From Spirochaetaceae bacterium (lineage in GTDB: Bacteria > Spirochaetota > Spirochaetia > PWKH01), in assembly GCA_003557605.1 (NCBI GenBank), contig PWNW01000380.1, positions 1 through 40,907 on the forward strand: DNA of 40,907 nt. The letters run 5' to 3'. The notes below the pieces were generated by a model. That model ran no database searches. It was given only the letters and a program-made list of their open reading frames with translations, and was not told the DNA's origin. Shown one piece after another: positions 8,255 through 16,791 of the stretch; within the stretch, counting starts at the first letter, position 1; each line of letters begins with the position of its first letter. The position numbers and the translations under genes were made by a program.

Positions 8255-9538
8255 TCAGCCGATAATCAGTTTCAGCAGAAAAAGAATACCGACGATAATT
8301 GTCATCAGGTTGATTTCCTTGGACCTGAGTGTCAGAAGTTTCAGGAAAATCCATGAAAGCATACCGATCATGATGCCGTCAGCAATGCTGTAGGCAAGGG
8401 GCATAATGATCAGGGTCAGAAATGCCGGGATAGCTTCGGTGTAGTCGTTGTAGTTTATGTCCACTACCGGTGTCATCATAAACAGTCCCACAAGAATCAG
8501 AGCTGGTGCGGTAGCCGCTCCAGGGATGGTCAGAAACAGCGGTGAGAGAAACAGCGCAATGAGAAACAGCACAGCGGTGGTAAAACTGGTGAGACCGGTT
8601 CTTCCGCCCTCAGCAACACCTGCGGAACTTTCCACATAGGTGGTCACCGTACTGGTTCCAAGCATGGCTCCGACGGTTGTTCCGATTGCATCGGACATCA
8701 GTGCCATCTTGCAGTGTGGAATTTCGCCCTTTTCGTTCAGGATTCCAGCTTTCGTGGAAACGCCGATGAGGGTGCCTACGGTGTCAAACATGTCGACAAA
8801 CAGCAGGGTGAACAGCACTATTACCATATCGAAGGTAAAGACCTGTGAAAAGTCAAACTGAAAGAAGATTGGAGCAAGAGACGGGGGTGCCCAGCTGCCT
8901 CCTGCCCAGGAGGTGATACCGAAGGGTACTCCAATAATGGTGGTGAGGATGATGCCGATGAGCAGTGCTCCACGGACCTTGAAGGCAAGGAGGATTCCGG
9001 TAATGATCAGACCGATCATGGCAAGCAGGGGTGCTCCTGAAGTGAGGTCGCCAAGTTCAACCAGGGTCGGACCTCCCACAATCACTCCGGCATTCTGGAA
9101 TCCAATAAACGCAATAAAAAGACCGATACCGACTGAAATAGCTTTTTTTACATCAGAGGGTATGCTGTTAACAATCGCTTCCCGGATGTTGAATAAAGTC
9201 AGGAGAATAAAAATTATTCCTTCCAGGAATACGGCGGTCAGTGCAAACTGACAGGGATATCCCATGCCGATGACTACGGTATACGCAAAAAATGCGTTGA
9301 GTCCCATGCCCGGTGCAAGCGCAAAGGGCAGATTTGTAGTAAATGCCATTACCAGGGTGGCAATTGCAGAAGCAAGCGCCGTCGCGGTAAAGAGAGCCCC
9401 GAAATCCATTCCTGTGTCGCTGAGAATCAGCGGGTTTACAATAAGGATGTAAGCCATGGTCAGGAATGTGGTAAGCCCTGCAAGAACCTCAATTTTTACG
9501 GTTGTTTTGTGCTCCTGCAGTTTAAACAACTTTTCCAT
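8255..9538 (-). CDS. NCS2/AzgA-family purine (adenine/guanine/hypoxanthine) permease
   Basis: The 427-aa polytopic product starts MEKLFKLQEHKTTVKIEVLAGLTTFLTMAYILIVNPLILS, the typical N-terminus of PbuG/GhxP/AdeP-type permeases. It is divergent from adenine deaminase. Confidence 0.88.
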   Translation of the reverse strand: MEKLFKLQEHKTTVKIEVLAGLTTFLTMAYILIVNPLILSDTGMDFGALFTATALASAIATLVMAFTTNLPFALAPGMGLNAFFAYTVVIGMGYPCQFALTAVFLEGIIFILLTLFNIREAIVNSIPSDVKKAISVGIGLFIAFIGFQNAGVIVGGPTLVELGDLTSGAPLLAMIGLIITGILLAFKVRGALLIGIILTTIIGVPFGITSWAGGSWAPPSLAPIFFQFDFSQVFTFDMVIVLFTLLFVDMFDTVGTLIGVSTKAGILNEKGEIPHCKMALMSDAIGTTVGAMLGTSTVTTYVESSAGVAEGGRTGLTSFTTAVLFLIALFLSPLFLTIPGAATAPALILVGLFMMTPVVDINYNDYTEAIPAFLTLIIMPLAYSIADGIMIGMLSWIFLKLLTLRSKEINLMTIIVGILFLLKLIIG

Positions 9539-9629
9539 CTGAACACTCCTCTGTATATGTTTTCATGAGTGGTTCATTGTAGTACTTTCCAAAGAATTTG
9601 TACAGAAAATTAAACTATGTTGCATCATG

Positions 9630-9658
9630 TTGCGAGTCAGATCCCTCCGTGATATGAT
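9630..9658 (+). promoter_or_regulatory. Candidate sigma70-type promoter for ade
   Basis: TTGCGA (9630-9635), a 17-nt spacer, then TATGAT (9653-9658). RBS AGAGGAG at 9665-9671 and ATG at 9678. Confidence 0.35.
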
Positions 9659-9677
9659 CTGATAAGAGGAGACAGCC

Positions 9678-11402
9678 ATGGACAGAGAAACCCTCCGCAG
9701 AATCATCGCGACAGCATCAGGAAACGAGGAGCCGGATCTGGTGCTGAAAAATTGCCGCATCGCCGATGTATTTACCAAAGAGATTATCTCCGGAGACATT
9801 GCAGTCTCCTGCGGATACATCGCAGGAATCGGGTCCTATGAAGCTTCCTGCGAGCATGATTTGAACAGCAGATATGTACTTCCGGGGTTTATTGATGCCC
9901 ATGTGCATATTGAATCTTCCCTGGCATCTCCAGCTCAGTTTGCTGCAGCGGTTATACCCAGGGGAACGGTATCGGTCATTGCAGATCCCCATGAAATCTG
10001 CAATGTTGCCGGAACCGAAGGCCTCTTCTATATGATCAGGGCTGCGTCTAGAACACCCCTGCGAACTCATTTCATGCTTCCCTCCTGTGTGCCCGCAACG
10101 GAGTTTGAAACCTCCGGTGCCGTGATGGGGGTTCAGGAACTTACTTCCCTGATTACCAACCAGAATATTCTCGGACTTGGCGAGATGATGGCATTTCCCC
10201 AGGCAGTCGCCGGTGACCCTGAGGTGCTCGACAAACTGCTGCTTGCATATCATGCACATAAGCCTGTGGACGGCCATGCTCCAGGGCTGAAAGGAAAAGA
10301 ACTCAGCAGCTATGCTGCAGCTGGAATCATGACCGATCATGAGTGTACAACTCCGGAAGAGCTGAAAGAGCGGATTTCACGGGGAATGTACGTGATGCTG
10401 AGGGAGGGATCTGCATCCAAGGACCTCCGACACCTTCTTAAGGGGGTCAATGATCCGATATCCCGGTGGTGCATGTTCTGCACCGATGACCGTCAGCTTG
10501 ATGACATATTCAGCGAAGGCCATATAGACAATCACCTGAAGATTGCCCGCAGCTGCGGTATCGACCCGCTTACTGCTGTTCAGATGGCCTCAGTCAATGC
10601 TGCGGTGTGCTACCAGCTGAGGCATCAGGGAGCCGCTGCACCGGGGTATTATGCAGACCTCACTGCGGTTGACGATCTGGACAGCTTTACTGTCAGGAAG
10701 GTATACATCGGAGGCAGGCTGCGGGCCAGTGACGGTGTATTGACTGAAGAGATACCTGCTTCATCGAGCACCGGTGTTTCAGACACCATGCATGTTGATG
10801 TGATTAATGAAGAACAGCTGGCCCTGCATATTTCCGGGACGGATGCCCATGTCATACAGATGACGCCCCGTTCCCTGCTCACTAAACTTGTGAATCGCCG
10901 GCTTCCCCGTGACAGCAGGGGCAGGTTTCTGTTTCACCCTGGATCTGGAGTATGCAAGATCATTGCCCTGGAACGCCATACCAGAAGCGGTCAGATGGGA
11001 ATCGGGCTCCTTGAAAACTACGGAATAACCGGAGGGGCAGCAGCACTGTCTATTTCCCACGATTCCCATAACATCATTGCCGCAGGAGATTCCGACAGGG
11101 ATATCGTCACTGCCGTAAATGCTCTGATCAGGCAGGGCGGCGGGATAGTTCTTGCTTCCCAGTCAGAGGTTATTGAGAGGCTTCCTCTTCCCATTGGAGG
11201 ATTGATGTCTGACCTTGGGGCTTCTGAAATACGCAGCAGGGTAAAGCGCATTGAGGATACCGCCCGTAAACGACTGAAGATTCATCCTGATATTGATCCG
11301 GTCATGAGCTTGAGCTTTCTAGCCCTGCCGGTGATACCCGAGGTGAGAATCACGGACAAGGGACTGTTTGACGTTTCCAGATTTACCCATATCCCCGTAT
11401 GA
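9678..11402 (+). CDS. ade: Adenine deaminase
   Basis: The 574-aa product has the amidohydrolase metal motif PGFIDAHVHIESS, then IADPHEI and HECTTPEE, with the length and layout typical of Ade. Confidence 0.9.
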   Translation: MDRETLRRIIATASGNEEPDLVLKNCRIADVFTKEIISGDIAVSCGYIAGIGSYEASCEHDLNSRYVLPGFIDAHVHIESSLASPAQFAAAVIPRGTVSVIADPHEICNVAGTEGLFYMIRAASRTPLRTHFMLPSCVPATEFETSGAVMGVQELTSLITNQNILGLGEMMAFPQAVAGDPEVLDKLLLAYHAHKPVDGHAPGLKGKELSSYAAAGIMTDHECTTPEELKERISRGMYVMLREGSASKDLRHLLKGVNDPISRWCMFCTDDRQLDDIFSEGHIDNHLKIARSCGIDPLTAVQMASVNAAVCYQLRHQGAAAPGYYADLTAVDDLDSFTVRKVYIGGRLRASDGVLTEEIPASSSTGVSDTMHVDVINEEQLALHISGTDAHVIQMTPRSLLTKLVNRRLPRDSRGRFLFHPGSGVCKIIALERHTRSGQMGIGLLENYGITGGAAALSISHDSHNIIAAGDSDRDIVTAVNALIRQGGGIVLASQSEVIERLPLPIGGLMSDLGASEIRSRVKRIEDTARKRLKIHPDIDPVMSLSFLALPVIPEVRITDKGLFDVSRFTHIPV

Positions 11403-12162
11403 TGATGCGCCTGGGCCCTGCATGGTGCACCGACATAGGGGTGCTGTAGAGCCTGCTGAGCAGGTCTGATGTCAGTGCCTGTTCAGGGGGACCGAAGAAC
11501 AGAAGTTTTCCGCTGCGTATCAGGGCGGTATGGGTGGCAATATCTGAGGCAATCATGGGATCATGGGTGGTGAACACCTGTGTAATGCCGAGGCGTTTCT
11601 GCTGTTCCATAATCTCCATGATCCTGACGGTGTTTCCGGGATCAAGGTCGCTGGTAGGTTCGTCAAGCAGAAGAATTTCCGTCTGCTGTGCTATGGAACG
11701 GGCGATTTTCACCAGCTGCAGTTCTCCTCCGCTGAGCTTTGTGACCTCCCTGTCTGCAAGATGAAGGATGTTCACCGTTCTGAGGGCTTCCATGGCTGTC
11801 TCACGGTCCTGCCGGGAGGGGGGGCGAAGCTGATGCAGGTGAGGTGCTCTGCCGAAGAGCACATAGTCAACCACAGGAAATGAAAAGGTGATGGATTCAG
11901 ACTGCGCTGCAAGGCTCATCAGTTTACCGGCTTCGCTTCGTCGAAGCTGTGAAGGATTTTGAGATTTTACCATCATCCTTCCGGATTCAGGTGACCTCCA
12001 CCCAAGGATCAGGTCCAGCAATGTGGTTTTTCCCGCTCCGTTTGGACCAAGCAGTGCTAGAGCGGACCCTGCAGGTACAGAAAGGGTAATCTCATCAAGT
12101 ACCGGAGGGGCTTTGGGAGTGTAGCGGTACCGCAGTTGTGATGCTTCAATAATCCCGTTCAT
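11383..12162 (-). CDS. ABC transporter ATP-binding protein (FecE/FepC/BtuD type)
   Basis: The start is reset to ATG 12162 (MNGIIEASQLRYRY...), which overlaps the TGA of the upstream permease as ATGA. Motifs: Walker A GPNGAGKTT, signature LSGGELQ, Walker B ILLLDEPTSDLD. Confidence 0.9.
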   Translation of the reverse strand: MNGIIEASQLRYRYTPKAPPVLDEITLSVPAGSALALLGPNGAGKTTLLDLILGWRSPESGRMMVKSQNPSQLRRSEAGKLMSLAAQSESITFSFPVVDYVLFGRAPHLHQLRPPSRQDRETAMEALRTVNILHLADREVTKLSGGELQLVKIARSIAQQTEILLLDEPTSDLDPGNTVRIMEIMEQQKRLGITQVFTTHDPMIASDIATHTALIRSGKLLFFGPPEQALTSDLLSRLYSTPMSVHHAGPRRIIIRGYG

Positions 12163-13103
12163 AGATGTTCCCCCGATCCTTTTCTGCTGAGGATTATAAT
12201 AAACAGTGCTGCACCAGCGGCGCTGGTGATGATTCCAAGAGGAAGCTCTCCGGTCAGCAAGGTACGGGCGGCAGTATCGCTGACAAGGAAATAGATGCTG
12301 CCGATGAGCATGGACCCGGGAAGGGCGTTGCGTGCATCGGAACCGAGGGTCCTTCTGGCAATATGGGGTACGATAAGACCGACCCAGCCCACAAGTCCGG
12401 TGACGGAGATTACTGCTGCGGCTGCTGCGGTGGCGCAGAAGAGCAGCAGCAGTTTTTCCAGATGCGGGCGGGCCCCGAGGGAAAAGGATGAGCGGTCCTG
12501 AAGGGAGAGAATATTCAGCCTCCACCGAAACATCATCAATATGGTTAGACTTATGAGTGTGATCGGAGCAATCGATATGAGCCTGCTCCATGATGCGCCT
12601 GTCAGGCTTCCCAGCAGCCAGAAGGTTATATCGGGAAGCTGGCTCACTGGATCAGCTGCATATTTGAGAAACCCCACACCTGATGCAAAGAGGGCGGAAA
12701 CCGCAATGCCTGCCAGCACCAGGCGCAGAATCCAGCCGCCGAAGTGAAATTTCCGAGCAAGCCAGTAGGAGAGAAACAGGCCGGTCATAGCAAATACAGC
12801 AGAAACCGCCTGCACCGGCAGGGCTGCTGAAGATATGAAGAGGATGGAGAGGGCCGCACCGAAGGCTGCTCCCTGGGAGACGCCGAGAAATCCCGGTTCA
12901 ACCAGGGGGTTCGAGAATATCATCTGGAATACGCATCCTGCAGCTCCAAGGACCGCGCCGGCGATTACAGCGGTAAGGACTCTGGGCATTCTCAGTTGGA
13001 GAAATACCTGAAGGAACACCGAATCATCCCTCAGCAGTGCCGGGGAAGATAGCCCCGGCGTCGGATATCTGCCGATAAACAGTGACACCGCTGTAAGCAC
13101 CAT
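12159..13103 (-). CDS. FecCD/BtuC-family ABC transporter permease
   Basis: The 314-aa polytopic product shows typical FecCD features (GAALSILF..., LGARPH, C-terminal GELPLGIITSAAGAALFIIIL). The start codon is uncertain; see findings. Confidence 0.85.
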   Translation of the reverse strand: MVLTAVSLFIGRYPTPGLSSPALLRDDSVFLQVFLQLRMPRVLTAVIAGAVLGAAGCVFQMIFSNPLVEPGFLGVSQGAAFGAALSILFISSAALPVQAVSAVFAMTGLFLSYWLARKFHFGGWILRLVLAGIAVSALFASGVGFLKYAADPVSQLPDITFWLLGSLTGASWSRLISIAPITLISLTILMMFRWRLNILSLQDRSSFSLGARPHLEKLLLLFCATAAAAAVISVTGLVGWVGLIVPHIARRTLGSDARNALPGSMLIGSIYFLVSDTAARTLLTGELPLGIITSAAGAALFIIILSRKGSGEHL

Positions 13104-13140
13104 GAGAAGTGCCAGGAGCAGCAGATGTCTGCGCAGCTGG

Positions 13141-14226
13141 CTATCTGGAAATTCCAGAGAGTTCCTCCTTAAGTCTCGGCATGAACAACCTCTGTACTGT
13201 TTCTTCAGGTATGCCGTAGAGATCCCGGTAGAATGAAACAGTCAGCTCATGCATGTCGGTATCTGGAAAGAGATCAGGATGCAGCTGCTTTGCAAGCCAC
13301 TGAATACCGAGAAACCATCTGATGTCAGACTGTGCCCAGCTGTGGAAATCCCCCGGGAAGGGAAGCACATGTCCGTTCTGGAATGCACGAAGATTTCTCC
13401 AAAGTAAAGAATCCTCTACGACCTTCTTTACCACTGATGAAGGAACTGCATAACTGATGAGAAAGACCATGTCCGGATCCCATTGGGCTATCTGCTCAAA
13501 ATTTACCACCTGCCAGCCTGAACCGGTATGGCGATCCGTCCAGACGGCTCTTCCTCCTGCAGTTTCTGTCATAAAGGTCTGTATCCAGTCAGGCGGAGGA
13601 ATATGAAAGGCTGCGGCACCTTCGCGCTGCACATAATAGAGCATCAGCACTGACGGCTTCTCTGAGGCCTGTGCAGCGATTTGAGCAGTATGTTCGATGA
13701 TGTCGGTAAAATAACTGGTAATCTGCCCGGCTCGATCGGGATCTTCGAACACCTCTCCCAACAGGCTTATATCCCGTATGTATTCCTCATAGGATTCCAG
13801 GCCTAACGTCAGGACGGGAATAGAAAGGGCCTCCAGCTGATCTCCCAGGCGGGGATACATGGAATCCTTCAGAATTACCAAGTCGGGTCTGAGGGCAGCA
13901 ATCTCTTCAGCTCCTGCCTGGTTGGAAAGGCGGGTTTTCTTTTCATGGGAGCTGTCGAGATAGACAAACGAATCACCCAAGCCCTGGTCAGTCTGGGCAA
14001 GGGCCTTCACCCGGCTGGAGGCATCTTCAAAGAGATACACTGCATTGGTGAGAAAGAGGTTTGCCCTTCCCGCAAGTACAATTCGTTGAGGATTTCGGGA
14101 AAACTGGACTTCCCGGGAAAGTCCGTCGGTCACCGTGACGGTATCAGTTTGTTCTTCGGTCATTCCTGCAGAAAAGAGCAGGGCGGGTGCAAGCACCAGT
14201 AGAAATATGCACATTGTTCGTTTCAT
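13141..14226 (-). CDS. Periplasmic substrate-binding protein of an iron-siderophore/cobalamin-type ABC importer (Peripla_BP_2-like)
   Basis: The start is set at ATG 14226, preceded by GGAG with a 6-nt spacer. It gives the signal peptide MKRTMCIFLLVLAPALLFSAG. The gene is first in the SBP-permease-ATPase order. Confidence 0.82.
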   Translation of the reverse strand: MKRTMCIFLLVLAPALLFSAGMTEEQTDTVTVTDGLSREVQFSRNPQRIVLAGRANLFLTNAVYLFEDASSRVKALAQTDQGLGDSFVYLDSSHEKKTRLSNQAGAEEIAALRPDLVILKDSMYPRLGDQLEALSIPVLTLGLESYEEYIRDISLLGEVFEDPDRAGQITSYFTDIIEHTAQIAAQASEKPSVLMLYYVQREGAAAFHIPPPDWIQTFMTETAGGRAVWTDRHTGSGWQVVNFEQIAQWDPDMVFLISYAVPSSVVKKVVEDSLLWRNLRAFQNGHVLPFPGDFHSWAQSDIRWFLGIQWLAKQLHPDLFPDTDMHELTVSFYRDLYGIPEETVQRLFMPRLKEELSGISR

Positions 14227-14235
14227 AGGAAACTC

Positions 14236-14271
14236 CATATCCATTATGTTTCACTAAATATAATGGATATG
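14236..14271. promoter_or_regulatory. Perfect 12-bp inverted repeat (candidate operator or RBS-proximal hairpin) between the ABC importer and proA
   Basis: CATATCCATTAT (14236-14247) and ATAATGGATATG (14260-14271) are exact reverse complements separated by 12 nt. The inner arm abuts the GGAG RBS of the binding-protein gene. Confidence 0.45.
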
Positions 14272-14356
14272 CTGTATCTGTTCAATACAGCGAAGACGGC
14301 TTTGTCTTGTTGCATCAGAAAAAAAACGGTATAGTTGAGGTGAACTGGAGGAAAAG

Positions 14357-15634
14357 ATGCTGAGAGATCAGGTGAAGCAGGTGGCGGAGGGGCAGAGGAA
14401 ACTTGCCGCCCTTTCCCATGAAGAGAAAAACCGCATACTGCGCAGCATGATTGCCGTGCTGCAGCGGGAGCGTCAGTCTGTCGCGGAAGCCCAGAGACTG
14501 GATATCGAAGCTGCACAGCAGCAGGGTATTTCATCTCCACTGCTGAAACGGCTGGTGCTGGACCAGGAAAAGCTTGACGGGCTGTGCAGGGGAATTGAGG
14601 ACCTGGTAAACCTGAAAGACCCGGTGGGCCGCATCCTGACGTCCCGTGAACTTGATACGGGGCTTGAACTGTACCAGGTAAGCTGTCCCATCGGCGTAAT
14701 CGGCATGGTCTTTGAATCCCGGCCTGATGCCCTTGTTCAGATTGCATCCCTCTGCCTGAAAAGCGGGAACGGCATCGTCCTGAAAGGAGGCAGTGAGGCC
14801 CTTCATACAAATCGGGAGCTCTTTCGCCTGATTCGGATGGCTGCCGAGGAAAGCGGTGCAGGGAGTGACTGGATATTCCTGCTGGAGAGTCGTGATGATG
14901 TGACCGCCATGCTTGCCCTTGATGATCTGATAGACCTTCTGATTCCCAGGGGATCCAACAGTTTTGTGAAGTACATGATGGACAACACAGCCATTCCCGT
15001 GCTTGGCCATGCTGACGGAATCTGCCACCTTTATATAGACGATGAAGCAGACATCATTGAAGCGGTGAGCATCTGCATAGATGCCAAATGCCAGTATCCT
15101 GCTGTCTGCAACGCCCTTGAGACGCTTCTGGTCCATTCAGGCATTGCATCGGCAGTGCTTCCTCCTCTCTCTTCTGCTCTGCGTGAACAGGGAGTTGAGA
15201 TCAGGGGAGATCAGCGGGTTCAGGATGCAGTCGCCTGCGCTCCTGCTGATGAAGAGGACTGGAGCACTGAATATCTTGATCTGATTCTTTCGATCAAGGT
15301 AGTTGATTCCATGCAGGAGGCGATAGATCATATCCACCGGTACGGTTCTGGACATACCGACGGGATCATTACAAAAAACCGCAGCCGTGCTGAACAGTTC
15401 ATGGAAACCGTAGATTCTGCCGGGGTGTTCTGGAACTGCAGTACCCGGTTTGCCGACGGATACCGCTACGGACTGGGAGCGGAAGTAGGCATCAGCACCC
15501 GGAAGGTCCATGCCCGGGGCCCTGTGGGCCTTGAGGGGCTGGTAACCTACAAATGGAAGCTCTACGGCAGCGGCCACATTGCTGCTGATTATTCCGGTGA
15601 TAACCCGAAGCAGTTTACTCATAGGGAGCTCTGA
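14357..15634 (+). CDS. proA: Gamma-glutamyl phosphate reductase
   Basis: The 425-aa aldehyde-dehydrogenase-like product has VIGMVFESRPDA, LKGGSEA, CNALETLLVH and GHTDGIITKN, typical of ProA. Confidence 0.92.
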   Translation: MLRDQVKQVAEGQRKLAALSHEEKNRILRSMIAVLQRERQSVAEAQRLDIEAAQQQGISSPLLKRLVLDQEKLDGLCRGIEDLVNLKDPVGRILTSRELDTGLELYQVSCPIGVIGMVFESRPDALVQIASLCLKSGNGIVLKGGSEALHTNRELFRLIRMAAEESGAGSDWIFLLESRDDVTAMLALDDLIDLLIPRGSNSFVKYMMDNTAIPVLGHADGICHLYIDDEADIIEAVSICIDAKCQYPAVCNALETLLVHSGIASAVLPPLSSALREQGVEIRGDQRVQDAVACAPADEEDWSTEYLDLILSIKVVDSMQEAIDHIHRYGSGHTDGIITKNRSRAEQFMETVDSAGVFWNCSTRFADGYRYGLGAEVGISTRKVHARGPVGLEGLVTYKWKLYGSGHIAADYSGDNPKQFTHREL

Positions 15635-15639
15635 CGCAC

Positions 15640-16791
15640 ATGTCTGAGCGCGATTTCTCAGAGGTGAGACGAATTGTAGTCAAGGTGGGCACTAACCTGC
15701 TCAGCAGTGATGAAGGCGTCAGTCTTTCATTTCTTGCATCGCTGTGCGAACAGATTGCTCATATCAGGATGATGGGTTACCAGGTTGTGCTTGTCACTTC
15801 AGGCGCCATCGGCATCGGGGCCAGGATGCTGAATATCAGGGAGCGGGTTACATCCGTAAAGCTCCGTCAGGCATGTGCCTCCATTGGTCAGCCCTATCTG
15901 ATGCATCACTACAGCACCTTTTTGTCCTCATACCATATCATAACTAGTCAGATTCTGCTTACTACGGAACTGTTCAGAAACCGCAGGACCTACCTGAACA
16001 CCAGAAATACCCTTGAAACCCTGCTTTCCCTGGGAGTTCTGCCCATATGCAATGAAAATGATACGGTTTCAACCGCCGAGATTGGAAGCGCCTTCGGTGA
16101 TAACGACAGGCTCAGTGCATATATTGCCAGCAAAATTGATGCGGACCTGCTGATTATTCTCTCGGATGTGCAGGGACTGTTTTCTTCAGATCCATCTTCT
16201 GACCCTTCTGCACAGCTGATATCAGAAGTTCCGGTCATTGATGACCGGATTGTAACTGCGGCAGGAGGTTCGGGAAGCACCTTTGCAACCGGAGGTATGA
16301 AGACCAAGATTAAGGCCGTTGAGATTGCCTCCCGTGCGGGCTGCAAGTGTGTCATTGCTTCAGGCCGGGAAAAGATGATCCTTGAACAGATTGCCGCAGG
16401 CAGAGAAGTGGGAACCTATTTTTATCCTGGAAAGAAAATTTCTCAGCGACAGCGCTGGATCCGCAATGCCCAGACTTCCGTCAGGATTATTATTGATCAG
16501 GGCGCAGTTAATGCGATCAGGAAGCGCAAAAGCCTGCTTCCCTCCGGAGTGACAGCTGTGGAGGGTTCATTCAGTGCAGGATCAGTGGTGATGATTAATT
16601 CCATTGCCAAAGCAGTGCCCTCCTTCGACAGTACGGAACTGCAGCAGCTTATCGGCCGGCACAGCAGGGATATAAGAAAGATTACCGGCAGTCATCGCCG
16701 TGATGTGATAGCCAGGCCGGAGGACATCGTATTTATTGACGAGCAGAAGGTATATGTTCAGGATAACAAAAAGCAGCGGGACCTATTATGA
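15640..16791 (+). CDS. proB: Glutamate 5-kinase (with C-terminal PUA domain)
   Basis: RIVVKVGTNLL and VVLVTSGAIG mark the amino-acid kinase fold, and GTGGMKTKIKAAEIA-like GGMKTKIKAVEIA is present. The PUA-like C-terminus contains LLPSGV. Confidence 0.92.
   Translation: MSERDFSEVRRIVVKVGTNLLSSDEGVSLSFLASLCEQIAHIRMMGYQVVLVTSGAIGIGARMLNIRERVTSVKLRQACASIGQPYLMHHYSTFLSSYHIITSQILLTTELFRNRRTYLNTRNTLETLLSLGVLPICNENDTVSTAEIGSAFGDNDRLSAYIASKIDADLLIILSDVQGLFSSDPSSDPSAQLISEVPVIDDRIVTAAGGSGSTFATGGMKTKIKAVEIASRAGCKCVIASGREKMILEQIAAGREVGTYFYPGKKISQRQRWIRNAQTSVRIIIDQGAVNAIRKRKSLLPSGVTAVEGSFSAGSVVMINSIAKAVPSFDSTELQQLIGRHSRDIRKITGSHRRDVIARPEDIVFIDEQKVYVQDNKKQRDLL

Noticed and set aside
9539-9677. A purine riboswitch might lie upstream of the purine permease or adenine deaminase.
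   Set aside because: I found no match on either strand to the conserved junction and loop cores of guanine/adenine riboswitches. Only a short inverted repeat is present. A covariance-model scan would be the decisive check.
12163-12591. The tracker ORF 11383..12591 includes a 143-codon N-terminal extension of the ABC ATPase.
   Set aside because: The extension overlaps the FecCD permease gene in another frame and reads as Arg/His/Ser-rich nonsense. The conserved ATPase begins at MNGIIEASQLRYRY, whose ATG overlaps the permease stop as ATGA.
14227-14356. A cobalamin riboswitch might lie upstream of the BtuF/FecB-like binding-protein gene.
   Set aside because: The available leader is under 130 nt and shared with the divergent proA promoter. 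That is too short for a cobalamin riboswitch, and no B12-box-like sequence was seen.
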